Positions 37,633-50,430 of a stretch of DNA of 64,000 bases are shown here, piece by piece (within the stretch, counting starts at the first letter, position 1; every line of letters begins with the position of its first letter). The notes under the pieces were generated by a model. The model ran no database searches. It was not told the origin of the DNA and saw only the letters and a list, made by a program, of their open reading frames with translations. Origin of the DNA: Puccinia triticina (taxonomy: Eukaryota); contig CP110439.1 in the NCBI GenBank assembly GCA_026914245.1, positions 2,232,001 through 2,296,000 on the forward strand. The letters run 5' to 3'. The translations under genes and the position numbers were made by a program.

Positions 37633-39019
37633 TCATGTGGATATCTCTTCTAATTGAAAGCTTTCCCCTTTGTGTTTATCGACTGCAGGGTCGAGTACGA
37701 CGGAGTTATCAATGGGGCTGAGAAGGTGGTGGACGATAGGGAGAGCAGAGGACAGTTCATGAAGCTTGGAGCTCTCCTGCTCCTCCCAAGTCGTTGGCTG
37801 GTGGTGGTAGTGACGGGCACCGACGCTCACCACGGGCTCGTCGTATTGCTTATGTTGTTGATGGCCACGATCGTGATGATTATCCTCTTCGATCACGCGT
37901 GGGATTACTAATAGGTCTTCAGCAACCAAGTCGAACTCGTCGGATAAGGCCATGAACCTCGCATACAGACTGGTCTCCATCTGTCCAATCCATCCAAACA
38001 AGAACATCATCAGAATCAGAATCCGGGCTCAGTTTTCTCTCGGCAGACATAGAACTCAATCTCAGTCAACATATAAACATCAGGATATCCAACAATGAGA
38101 TCTGTTCGTACTTCACATTGCTCGAATAGTTCGCGATGATGGAACCAAGCATGGGCCAAGATCCTGTACAACCTCCTGGCGATCGAGGTGAAATGTTTGA
38201 CCGATCCAGGGGGGATCTGTAATCTATATATGTACAACAACGGAAGGAAGTGTGAGACCTACTGATAGAGCGACGGGTGAAGGACAACATCCAAAGTGGA
38301 TCGGCATCTTACCGACTGGGGAAGTAGCGGCCCGAGTTAAGGAGCGCTGTGGCCCCGTCCAAGGTGTGTATGACGTAATCGATCGCACAGCATTCGTTCT
38401 CGAAATTTGGACGGAGGAAAAAATGGGCACAGTAAGTCAAGTGAATGTATGTATTAAAGGAAGGGATGGCATGTTTCAATTCAAGTACCTCGTTGGCGGC
38501 CGTATGAGCCGCACAGAGATAGAGCCATTCGCCAGCCTTCATTTCTGGACAAGTATCGCGGTTGCATTCGGCCTGGAGGGCGGAGACGAGGGGATGGCTC
38601 AAGTCGAGAGCGAGTCTGCGGAGCTGCTCGTAGATCCAGACTTCGGGCGGGACGAGAGGGCTGGGGAGGCTGATGATCCTGTGGACCGCATGGGGGTCGG
38701 CCCGGACGAGATGGGCGATGTACTCCTGGAACTGGAAGGGCGACTCGGGACTGGCTAGACGCGATCGCGTGATCGCGTGCTCTTCCGCCTGCAAGCCATA
38801 GCTGATCGGATAGGTATCCTCGAATCGACTCCCCTTCCTGAGTCTGGTCGGCCTGGGGTAGGGTGCTGGGGGCTCGTCGTCGCCTGCCGTGTCGGCTGGC
38901 TCGCTGCTCGCTGGTCCCTCTGAGTGCGACGATGGCGGCGAGCTTGAGCTGGCCGATGGCGGTGGTGATGTTGATGCTGAGGTGCTGAGGAAGACTGCCT
39001 CGAGCTGGTTGGTGGTCAT
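37633..39019 (-). CDS. MOB4: Phocein/MOB4 (fungal Mob3, STRIPAK component)
   Basis: WIYEQLRRL, CNRDTCPEMKAGEWLYLCAAH, ECCAIDYVIHTLD, YFPSR, RRLYRILAHAWFHHRELF. Confidence 0.9.
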
Positions 39020-39879
39020 CTCGATGGCTGCTCGCTGGCCGGCTGCTGGTGGGCTTCCTACTTAAATTCCCCCGGGGGTCAGCTACAATTCTCCTGCGCA
39101 TTAAAGCATCAATCCATCGAACTTGATTCCAAATTGCAGGGTTTTCCAATAAAGCACCATCCAGCTGGGGCCTCACTCCGAACCGCAAAGACAGACTCCA
39201 CTTCGCAAGCGTTCAGCTCTGAAAACTGTCCCCCATTCCACTCTATACAATTCGCGTCTGAATGGGGAAGTACTGTTGTGTTGTGACTATTGTGGTAAGC
39301 TCACTATCATCGAACTCTGACTTCCAAGAACTTAGTGAAGGTACTGGAGACCCGCTGCCGTCCTTCGCCTAAAAAAACTCGAGCAGATAAGCTTGCCGGA
39401 GGCTCTCCACATCTTGATGTGATTGCAGGGGCGAAACCTCTCATTGCAGGGACGAAACCTCTCTTACTGTAAAACTTGGTGGGACTGGGATGACGCGCGT
39501 CAAATCAACACTCACCAATAGGGTCCATACCACACGCAAAATGTATATGTCTTTCAGCTTAATGAATTTGATGTTTTAACCAGCCCTCCATGTGCCGGAT
39601 CCCTCCAACAAATTAACTTGACTCATGACATCGGAGCCGAGTGCTCCGGCGAGTTTAAGCAGCAGAATTCCAAGCCGCGACGCGCAGATCGGAACCCGCA
39701 TCGAACCTAGTAGGTTCTGTGGACAAAGGAGCCTCTGGCGGATCCAGGATCCCGAAAGAGAGGTACAAGGAATAGAATTACAGCCTTCAGTCCTTTAACC
39801 TTGCAAGGTTCAATGGGTCACTTTTGGTGTCGCAAAAACATTTTATGAAGAATTAGAAAGTAGATCAAGCTACAATAAC

Positions 39880-40540
39880 GCAATTCTAAAAACAAGGATG
39901 ATGATGGTGAGCCTGAGGGCCCTATTGAAAAACAATTGAATCCTGAGGACACGCCACCCGATCAAGATCTTGTTGCATACTCCCAACTATTCACCAGGTA
40001 AGAAAAGGTCCACTCTAGGTTCCATAGGGTCAGTCGCTGACATCTGCCATTTGAGAATCCTCATTGCTAACTTGCTTGGAATTTGAGCGTGCAGATTGTC
40101 ACCACAGTGTGTTCCATGATTTCCTTCGCCTCAATCGCCGAGCTAATGGCCTACAACTTGTGAATGCTGTGCGACTCTTGTCGTGTGGGGTTTCGGAACG
40201 TGTCCACGAATACCTGAACTTGATAGGCTTAAGCTCATCGCGCCGGACGGCTTTGACGGCTTTGGACTCGTTGGCAAAGGAAGCTAAAGCAAAATTGAGA
40301 TTGGGCATGGCTCTCAAGCCTGGTACTCCAGTTGCCCCGACCATCTGCATCGATAACATTGACATGGTCGAAAAAGTCCATGCCTTGTCAGTTGGAGACC
40401 GGACTCATACGTTCCGGGGCACATGGGGTTCTCCCTAACCCTGAGCTCCTCCGATCTCTCAATCCAGACGAATTGCTTTGCCTGAGTTCTACCAAGCCAT
40501 GGAGCTGGCCGACTCCGCTGATCGTGGTGCTCAAGGTACA
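39880..40540 (+). pseudogene. Degenerate fragment of a probable transposon-derived protein (DUF6589-like)
   Basis: VCSMISF/NRRANGLQLVNAVRLLSCGVSERVHEYLNLIGLSSSRRTA...ICIDNID...FRGTWG, frameshifted and truncated; family recalled from motif, not verified. Confidence 0.4.
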
Positions 40541-41391
40541 GCATACATACCTTACAGATTCTGTTCCGGAATCTGCAACACTTACATAATGTGTATGTGT
40601 TATGTTTCGAGGCACGATAAGATAAGCCGGCATGGAATCCGTCAGAAGATGTTCCGCCCGTAAAGAATGCCTGGATGCAACAATCCCGATTTTCAGACGG
40701 GATAGAAGGGGGTGGGGAGCATATATCTTCACCTGATGCACACCAAAATTTGTGCCAATAGTAACAGCTTTCTCCGTATGACATTGAGGGGGGAAGACAC
40801 CAGAAAGGGGAGCGGGAAAAAACTTCCACCAAAACATGAAAGCTCTCAAGCCAAATTTTTGCGTTTACCTGCAAGTCCCTCCCTCGGACTCCGGAGGTGC
40901 TTCGTGCGTGGGCGCTTCGCGCCAGCCCAGGCTGTACCAGGGCCCTCCGAAGCGAGGGACTTGCAATCGGAGTGGGTATTGATCAGGTCCAATCCGCTGG
41001 TCGGCCGGATATTTCTGTCACATTCCAATCCCCTTCGAAGTTTTCGCCGCAATCCCGGAGAAACTTCGGAAAATCTTTGGAAGATGTCCGAAGGACCGCG
41101 ACTTCGGAGGTCCCCTGAATGAAAACCCCCACTTCGAAGGAGAAAAGCTTACATAAAAGTGCTTCCGCCGTGTTCGGTTGCCGGCCCGGATTAACGCTGA
41201 TCCGGGGCAGATCTGTTATTTTGAGTTGCACCCGCACCGACGCGGATGCTCTTATATGGGGAGGAGCCTAAGCCCACCTCCATAGACTAGCCCCGGTGGC
41301 TGGTGGGTGCCTAATTGGGGTTTTGTGGGGGACAAACGTTGGAAATCGTGCTCTTTTTATAGGCATCAAGAAAAGCTCAACTGGTCATGGA

Positions 41392-43182
41392 ATGGCCTAT
41401 TCTCCTTCCGGCATCTTGCAACGTCTTCCCGCCTCACCATTGTCACTGCTCGCCTTGGGAATCTTCCAAACTGGTCGGGAAATTCTGGAACGTTGGAAAG
41501 ACCTAATGGGGTCGAATGTATTGAGCAATTCAAATACATGCAAGATTTTTTCAGAGACCATCCCGACGAATAAGGTCAGTGGCCTTTGCCCTCTTCCCAT
41601 ACAAAATTCCTGTTGTGAATTCTCCACCGATTTTATTCGGCTCATACTTCCTGCAGGCACAATCAGCTCAACTTACAAGTGGATATGACAGCATTATTGA
41701 ATGTCTTCTTGCTTACTATATTATTGATATTTCGAGATGAAAATCTTGTGACGGGTAGGCCAGCTCTTAAACGCACAGGTGAATTGGTCGAAACAAGTGA
41801 AGAAATACCACAGCATCTGAGAGATCACAGAACCGAAGTGCACAACTGGTTCCCAAGCACAGTAGAAACTGTTGTAGGAGGGTAAGCTCCAGACGAGTTC
41901 TGTGGTTGATAATAAATTTTTATATCGTTGATAAAAACTTCTTGTTTGCTTGGACGGAAACATACTGTTCCAATCAGGAGAGGTACCTTTATTGACAGAA
42001 CACCGGAGATGCTTGTAAGTCAAGATGAAATTAAAGTTTGATGCTTAATATAGACTGTCCCGAGTCAAGGAGGACAACCCGCTGCTTGAGCTGTAGAATC
42101 ATATCGTTAAATTGCTACAGCAGGCATGACGGTTTTTTTGCTGCACAAGAATCTAATAATTTGATTTCTTTTTTCCTTTTGTTTCATTCTTTTTTGCGAG
42201 AACAGAAGACAATGGAGGAGTTCAGAGATAAATGTCCAGATCAGTGTCAATCTATGACTAAAAGGCTCAAATGGGAAAATGTGGAAAACACGGCGCAACC
42301 TCCATTTCTGACTTCAGCCTTCTACGGTGACCACAGTAAGGCAGTTATAATTGAAAATGGTTTGCATATCTCCTTGATCGATATACTATAGCACACCCAA
42401 AATTTACCTCAATTCTTACTTGCGCAGATTACCCTTGGGACCTTCCAGCGGAGGTTGAGCACTGGGTTCTTTGGATGTCGATTCCCCATATATCAGCAGA
42501 GGCTTTCAACCCACTCAAAGGGGAGATACCCCCGAATCCCAACTTGACAGATCCCACAAGGGTTGAAGCCCTCTTGGAATACCTGTCTTATGTTCCAGTT
42601 TATGGTTATTCTGGGCTTCCAGAGGAGGCATTCACACACATCCGCCTTTCTGGCTTTGAACATCCAACCGATAAGGATGTATGGACATCAAGTAAAAGAC
42701 TAACGGTAAACCAAAAGGAGGCTGTGCAAGCAATTAAGTGGGCTGGAAGGCACATAACCAAATTTGTCATGAAGAGGTTTCCAGAAGATGAACATGAAGT
42801 TGTGTGGAACCACAGTCCATTGCGCTGGAGGTGAGTATCTTTTGTCCTTTTTTTTGTTTGATTCTACGCCTCTGAGTCCGACTGACATGAAAATAATCCA
42901 AACCATTCACATTTCAATCTTCAGGAGCATGGCGACACCAGAACATGTCCAGTGAGTCATCAGAATAAACCCTCAGCATACCAGCATCCAAACTAATCTT
43001 CATCAACATTCTCCAGTATCTTGGCAATCAAGAAAAAATCACCAAGTTCTTTCTTCCATTCTAATAAAATTAATGAAGGTGAAGATTACATATCTTCCAA
43101 ACCAAACCTTCTAAATAGAATAAAGATTGATTACCAACTACTTATAGAACCCCAAGACAAAATTAGATTCATCCAAAAATGA
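41392..43182 (+). CDS. Divergent DUF3605/Gig1-like protein; 5' structure uncertain, possibly decaying
   Basis: Spliced C-terminal exons YPWDLPAEVEHWVLW...AGRHITKFVMKRFPEDEHEVVWNHSPLRWRSMATPEHVHILA resemble the DUF3605 pattern WPY...EHxxxW...WFxNP...QS...HxHV. Confidence 0.5.
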
Positions 43183-44028
43183 AAAACTTGGTGACTTAAA
43201 ATTCCTCCTTCTTGTCATTCTTCCAATTTTATTTGTAGTTAGATTATTCCTCTATGTTGTGTTATTCACTCAGTTGTTTTCCTTTTTCATTTTATGCCTT
43301 TCACATGTCTCTCTATTTCACCTACATATCACAGGATGCTTGCAGTGTACCTGGGAATCTTCTGGGATATTGCCAACATTTTCTACATAAATCCCCTGTG
43401 AAAGAAGCGGCAGGGAAGCTGGTGGATGTATAAGATGCCAGGGGCAAATGGGCACTGGAAAAAACGGTCCCGTCGCGTCAGCTATCGGCGCTGCTGATCC
43501 CGTCTCCAATCTTGGTCTATGATTGCATGAAGATAACAAGGAAAAAGATACTAACCTGGATGAAACAGTCCCGTCGCGTGAGCTATCGGCGCTGCTGATA
43601 CCGTCTCCAATCTCGGTGAGGAAAAGAGATTGGAGGCGGGCGCGGGAACATCCAGGCTACATAGTGGCTACCCAAACTAACCGGGTGAATCCCCCGGAGT
43701 ATCACCCGTTAGGCTTTAGACTAAGTAAATGAATTTAGTTTTTGCACTCTTGTCTCCCGGCCATACTCCAACACCCCCCCCCCCCAAGACTGCAAAAACT
43801 ACCCCGATATTCCCAGCTGATTTAACGCGCCAATCATTTTTGTCGGACCCAATCTTTTTGTCAGAACATTGGCCCGTTGGTTGAGAGTACTGGTCCACTT
43901 GACTTTGATGTTGTTTTCCCTAATTAGATCATTTACAAAATAAAAAGCGCGTCACAGGTACTTGGTTTTATTTTTCAAGGTGTTGTCCGTCGCAATCAAA
44001 ATGGCTGCTTCATTGTTGCAGTGCATTG

Positions 44029-44845
44029 TGTTGGAATTCTGACATCCGCGGACGCGCGCATTCTCTCATCTACGCATGCGCGCACCAAGTAGCCCAGTGT
44101 CCGTATCTCTACTCAAACTTGCCTCCGACTTCCTCCCGTTCCCCGTCATCTCCTTTCCTAAAACAACCAACTCCGCCGACCAATTCTTCTCAAAACATCA
44201 ACCATGCACGTCTCAACTCATTGTCTCAACTCATGTCTCAAGTCAGAACCACAACTCAGCCGCTCGGTCCTCAAGCTTAAAAGCAGCCTCTGATTGCCTT
44301 GTTCTCGGTTCCTCAGCAGACTCCTCGACCTCGAACAGCTCTCCTGCTCAGCTTTGCTCCCCCAACAAACAACCTTCCACCATTCCCTTCTTCACACTCC
44401 CCATACGACTTCGTGTCTTCCCATCCTTGCTCCTCTATCTTCTATCGCTCATATCAATCATTGTTTGATCTCATTGCTTCCAACCAGAACTCAATTCGTC
44501 CTTTAGCTCAACAGCTCTCATTCTGGTAGCGCCTACGCGATCTCTTGAATTCATTAATTGGTTATTTCCAATTTGGTGAGAAACAACAAATCCTCAAGAA
44601 TTCATCAACAATCCAACCTAACCTCTCCTTGTTTATTCTCCACAGTGTCTACTATTACTCCCTGTTTGATCTGATCTATCTTAGTCTGTCCGTGCTTGTT
44701 CCTTCAAAAACTCACTATCATCGTGGTATGCTCAGTTTTCATCCTTATTGTCATTCAACCGATCTTGCTCTTGTTTTTACAAATTCTAACATCTATTGTT
44801 TTTAGTCTTGGTTCTAGTTTCAATTATAAAACCTGTTTTCTCTCA
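44029..44845. mobile_element. Solo LTR (817 bp) inserted in the Copia RNase H
   Basis: TGTTGG...TCTCA ends, CATTG TSD; removal restores PQLSM-HCNNEAAI. Confidence 0.85.
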
Positions 44846-45958
44846 CATTGAGAGTTGAGGTTTGTTGTCCATTTCTTCAAAGATGTTGAGCAGGTGCGCC
44901 AGTTGCTGGGCGCCTTCCGAGAGAGCCAGGTATTCCGCTGAACAAGTAGACATAGCCACCACTGTCTGCCTTTTTGAGCCCCATGCGATGCTGTTTCCGT
45001 CATGGTTGAGCAGATATCCGGTCGTCGACCGTTTGTGTTCCCCCCCCCAGTTCACATTGGTCCACAACGCCAATCCCACTGACCCCACCTTGAATGCTAG
45101 TCCTGCTGTCGTCATCCTCCCCAAAAAGCCAATCAGCCAGTCCAACGCGTTCCAGTGAGTCTCCAACGGGGCCGAGCAGAATCGCGCCAGTAGGTTCACT
45201 GCATACACCAGATCAGGTCTTGTCTCGCACGCCAGATACATTAAAGAGCCAATTGTTGACCTAAATGCAGTTTGCTCAATCGGATCACCGTCAGAGGTTT
45301 CAAAATCAACCTCCGGTAATGGACAGTTGTGAGCATAAACTGGCCGTTGATAAGTGTCCACAATTTGTTTTGCCATGATTGATTGATTCAGTTTGAGCTG
45401 TGGGCCGTCCCAAATAAAATCTATGCCAACCAGACGTTGAACATTATTGGAAAATTTCATCTCTAGTTGTGCTTCCATTCCACGCCAAAGATCATTTAAG
45501 AGTGATTTGTCCAATGACAATGCAAAGCCGTCATCTACGTGCAGCCAAATGATGATAAAATTTACACTACAACAAAACAAATAGAGAGATGGCTCTATTT
45601 CACTGGCCTCGAAGCCAAGCGCTTGAACTGTCTTCTGGAAGAGTTTCCACCAGCAACGGGCAGCTTTTTTTGTTCAATAGAGAGCTTTCTTCAATCACAT
45701 GACCTTCCCTTTGAGTGAAGGGTTGATTTCCACTGGCGGTTGAATATAGACCTCCTCTTCAATTGGGCTGTAGAGATAGGCCAAACTTACATCAAAAGTT
45801 GCGGTCGAGAATTTGTGAGAGATTGCAATGGAGATGAGCAGTCAGAGCGTATTCAAGGATGCTGTGGGAGCATATGTTTCATTATAGTCCAATCCAAGTT
45901 GTTGGTTGAAACCCTTGGCAACATACCTCACGCAATAATTATCAATCAATCCATCCGG

Positions 45959-46857
45959 TGTAAGACTCAAAAGTGGTAATGAAACCCTTTTGCTGAATGG
46001 TGAAGGGTATGATGGAGTTGCAAGCTCTGCCCTTCTGTTATCAGTCAACAAGACCCACCAAGCTATGCTTGGCAAGTTTTATTCAAGTAATAGGGTAGGT
46101 TGGCTCAAGATGAGTTGTTTGATTGACAAGGTATAGAGCTGATGATTTATATAAGGGTTGGTTATAATTGGTAAGGGTGAATATTGGGGGTGACTGTGAT
46201 TGGTGAGTGATGAACTGAGGAGCTGACAACTGGGGAGGAGAGAGCTCCTTATATAGACAGAAGTGGAGCCCCACAGGGCTTGTGGGTTAGGGTTTCAGCT
46301 GATCTGGACAACAGTGTGAGGGATTTTAGCTGGTGGGAGTAGATACAAATGATGTCATAATGTGTCAGGGGTACATAAATGATGTCATAAGCATGCAGTA
46401 GGGCTGCATGAAGGCTGCGTAAAGTGACAGTCGGCTGCATTAGTTGACAGGTGGATGCAGGGGGTGCATAAATGACGCCTGAACTGCAGGATCAGTGCGG
46501 GATGACATCATAATATGGAAATAGAAGAGTACTTGATACTATGTGATGACTATAGTCTGATGAGGAGATGTATGCTTGTATCCTGTGATGTGTATAAGCA
46601 TAATACTGTGATCCTTGACTTGAGACTTGCGACAGGCTGGTGACTGGGTATGCTGAACGTGTGATGGGTGTCCATTGTCCAAGGGCGTGTAGGTTCCATT
46701 CCAGAGGGGCTCCAGTGACGCTTCCAGTGGTGTCTAGGGGTAAAATTGGCCGTAGAATCCATTTCTGGGGTCCATTTGATGGTATCTTGAGGCCTAGTAT
46801 GAGTAATTATGTGGCATAGAAAAAACTTTCTATTTTTCCACTTTTCCGTCTACCACA
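45959..46857. mobile_element. Solo LTR (899 bp) inserted in the Copia RT
   Basis: TGTAAG...ACCACA ends, CCGG TSD; removal restores IKRKP-DGLIDNY. Confidence 0.82.
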
Positions 46858-47457
46858 CCGGTTTTCTCTTGATGGAGAACACCCACCTAGCCCCCAAAGC
46901 TTTACAGCCCTTCGGAGCTACCTCAGGAATCCACACTTCCAGTTGTCCAAATTTAAGCATTTTGTATTCAGCCGCCTTGCGCCACAAGTGAGCATCCGGT
47001 CCTGAGAGTGCCTGTTTGATTGTCTTTGGCAAATTATGTCCCTCTGCAGTCAACAGGAGTCCCATTTGTTTGTGTTCTTCCTTGGAAATTTCAGAAGTCT
47101 TCTCTTCTCCGAGATTCAACATAATTTGCTTCAGGATCAGATCAACTTGCGATTCTTTGTCTTGATCTGGATGAGCAACTGGATCCAGAGCCGTTTGGGC
47201 CGTTGCCGTTTCAACTGGGAGTTTCTGGAAGTCCGGAAACTTAACCGAAGCCAAGTGGACAATTCTACGCTCACTGGGAACCCAAAATAGCCAACGGGTT
47301 CTGAATGCTGGTTAACCAAGGAGTTGGCCTTCTCTGGCCCTCTCGTCTAGCTTCTTTCTCTTTTCTTTTGGGATATGGATGATTCCACGAGCCCCAAAAG
47401 GGTACAGTGTCTCAGGGATTGGTTTGACTTTGTATAGAAGCTCAAGCGGAGTTTTAT

Positions 47458-48262
47458 CGCCAGTTTGGTGGGGTGAATTATATAGGCATGCGTGGTAGAA
47501 TGTCCACTTGGGGATAGTGCAGGCGGGAATGCTCAGAGCGGCTCAGGCAGAGTGCATTCCGGTGACATAAGCACTGAGGATGATGTCAGAAAAGCCCGCT
47601 AAGAAAGCTTACGGAAAGTCACGCACGGACTGGAATGCACGGATCGCGGATCACGGATTTCAGATCAGGTATTCAGACCGGAGCGGAAAGACAGGGCTGG
47701 ACTGCGGCGGACTACACACGTGGACTGGTAGCAGCGGCGCATCAGCAGGTGAGCCACGACAGCCAAAGCAGGTGGAACTGGGGTGGAGGCGGTGGTGAGA
47801 GACTGACTGGCGGGGGCTAGACAGAGGACGGTGGGAGGTCAAGCTGAAGGACTAGTGCGGGAAAGTGTCAGATTTGCAGGATAGGGTGGGAACGGTGATG
47901 TGCATGGAGGGAAGGACGGGAAAAGGCTCATGGATTTCTCTTCTCTTTCCTTATCCTATTATCCTATCATCTTACAAATTACTCATTATTGTACTTACAC
48001 AGACAGACGTACTAGAGTATTCGGAGAGCTATATGTGACCTTATCTTTAATTTCAGAGCTACATACTTGCGGATTCTGTGCTTGCGGAGTGCGGAGCTTT
48101 TCTTCACTTGCGGATTATTACGCTATAGATCAGGCTCAGAGAGGAGCGCTGAAGGCTAGAGGATAGTAGCAGTGCGGAGCCAAGACACCAATAATCACAC
48201 AGCCCGGACACAAATATTCTTGAAGAGGGCGGTTAGCGGAAATTTCCACTGACATACCAGCC
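47458..48262. mobile_element. Unclassified 805-bp non-coding insertion with 5-bp TSD in the Copia integrase region
   Basis: TTTAT duplicated at 47453-47457 and 48263-48267; removal restores SQCENK-TPLELLY; only weak end symmetry. Confidence 0.75.
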
Positions 48263-48526
48263 TTTATTCTCACATTGGGAGTTTGCAAGTTGGTTGTGCA
48301 AGTGAGCCACAGTCAAATAAGCAAAACTCCACCAGATACTCGACAGCTCACTAGAGTGTAGCATTGTCCGCGCCATGTCGGCAAGAGTTCTGTGCACCCT
48401 TTCAGCCTCACCATTTTGGGATGGTGAGTATGGTGTGACCGGGGCTAGGGTTGTACCAATAGCTTCCAGTTGGGGCTTCAGACTTTTGGTATACTCCAGC
48501 GCATTGTTGCATTGAAGGTATGTTGG

Positions 48527-49003
48527 CAACACTGGGTCGCTACGCTAACCATAGCCGTTAGCGTAGCGTAGCGCAGCGCAAATGCGCTATTTTTTAGCGT
48601 AGTGTTAGCGCAATTGCACGCATATGCGCTAACGCTACGCGCACGCGGTGCGCAGCTATTTTAGCTGATAGCGTAGCGTTAGCGCAGATGCGCGCAATTG
48701 CGCTAACGCTAAACATGCAGGGCGCAAAAGAGCGCGCGCTACGCTGCGCTACAGCGCCTTTAGCGGGAAAAAAGGGCTTTTTTTCCGCTAAAAGCGCTGT
48801 AGCGCAGCGCAGCGTAGCGTAGCGACTGTAGCGGCGCGCTAACGCTAACAAAGAATTGGCGCGCTGTTAGCGCCGCTGAAAATTAGCGTAGCGTAGCGGC
48901 GCTAACAGCGCGCTAACGCTATGCAAAATAGCCGGGCGCTTTTTGCCGCTACGCTAACGCGTAGCGCTGAAATAGCGTAGCGTAGCGTAGCGACCCAGTG
49001 TTG
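48527..49003. mobile_element. 477-bp MITE with TAGCG/CGCTA micro-repeats and 7-bp TSD
   Basis: TIR CAACACTGGGTCGCTACGCTA / TAGCGTAGCGACCCAGTGTTG; ATGTTGG TSD; removal restores GKAPT-YLQCNNALEY. Confidence 0.92.
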
Positions 49004-49447
49004 ATGTTGGTGCTTTCCCTAAGGCCGTCTTCAGGTGTTTGATGCAGGTCATTATCTTTTCTGGCACATCACGCCTGTTTGCCATTGGGGCGCAAAATGT
49101 ATAAGTACTTGCATGGTCCCTCAGAGTGACTAGGTATTGGCATCCATTGATGTCAAGATTGAGGGGACTGATCACATCCGAGACGCAGAAATATAGAGGG
49201 TTGTTGCGAGGAATCTGTGTTTCCATCCCCATAGCCTTCTTGTCCATGCTCTTGGAATTCACACACTTTTCGCAGAAGAACTCCTTCCAGGCAATTTTTT
49301 TGTCTGGATAGTTGATTAGAAGGAAGGTTCTCACTACTGGGTCAGAGACGTGACCCAGTCAAACGTGCCAGAGATACAGGTCAAAAGATGGGGTCTTGGA
49401 GACCTTTTTTGATTGCAAGAGGGCACTGGTTTTGAGTGACCATGACA

Positions 49448-50430
49448 GCTCTGTTTATGAAGCTTAGGGCAAAAACCCGTCAAAATAAGGTTTTTTGGGC
49501 CCTAGCACTATAACTGTGCTGATGTAACACTGGTAATTTAAATTACCAAACTTGTTACATGGCAAATATGGCCACTACAAGGGTTATAACACTCTGTAAC
49601 AGAGGAAGTATTAATTATGTTATTAATAATATGTAATTATTAATTACAGGGAATTAATTTGGAGTAAAAGTAGGTGGTAAGCGCTTAAACTGATTGGCTG
49701 CTTGACAGAGGCGGTGGTCTTACGGCAACTACTTATAAGGATAAAGTTTTAAATATGCTAATAAGGGATTTTGGATATTTAAAAGGTTTAATCCAGTGAA
49801 TTTTGCGTGCTGGGGATGGTTTAAAAGGAAAAGGGGCTACAATAGTAGCAGAGGAGAATATTCACGGCAAACTTACGGTTTATGGGCGGTGAATGGTCTG
49901 GGGGATATTTTCCTGAGGGCCAAATAGGCCTCTATTTATAGAGGGGACTTCAGTGGGCGCAACCACTAAGTCCTTTTCTCCCTATGGGAGTATCCTGAGG
50001 TGTAGCTGTGAACAAGGCTTGGCTGTGGGCAATTTATTTGTATTATAATAGACTAATTTCCCTGACTCTGTCACATGACATGTTTATAACCAATTGTCAT
50101 GTGAAAGAGCTTCAGTAGAAGTCTACATAATGCTTTCACGGGGTATTTTTACACGAGTAATATTACTCTTTAATGTAAAATAGTTTATTTTTATGTACTT
50201 TGTTTATTTTACTAATTTTTTGTATGTAATACCTTTTTTGGGCGCTTTCTGGGGCCAATTATTGATTATACAATTAGTACATGAAGGAATAGGAATAAGG
50301 GGTTACTTTGAGTGGGTGACCCCCCTTAATTTATGATGAGGAGTCTGATTCTGCAATAATAATTAATCATTAATTATTATTATTTGCTAAGTTATTTCGG
50401 TCTTTTGGATACTTAATGTATCTCTAAGGC
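49448..50430. mobile_element. Unclassified ~980-bp AT-rich insertion with 5-6-bp TSD
   Basis: TGACA(G) duplicated at 49443 and 50431; removal restores YCWSV-MVTQNQCPLAIKK; no TIR or TG..CA ends. Confidence 0.7.

Noticed and set aside
33002..39188. Many overlapping antisense and alternate-frame ORFs over CPSF2, RPA43 and MOB4
   Set aside because: Shadow ORFs expected from GC-rich coding sequence; no recognisable motifs.
39423..39464. Two-copy ~22-bp repeat TTGCAGGGRCGAAACCTCTC as a ribozyme or regulatory RNA
   Set aside because: No CTGATGA hammerhead core in register; a simple local duplication explains it.
48594..48851. Ala/Arg-rich 85-aa ORF
   Set aside because: Translation of TAGCG micro-repeats inside a MITE.
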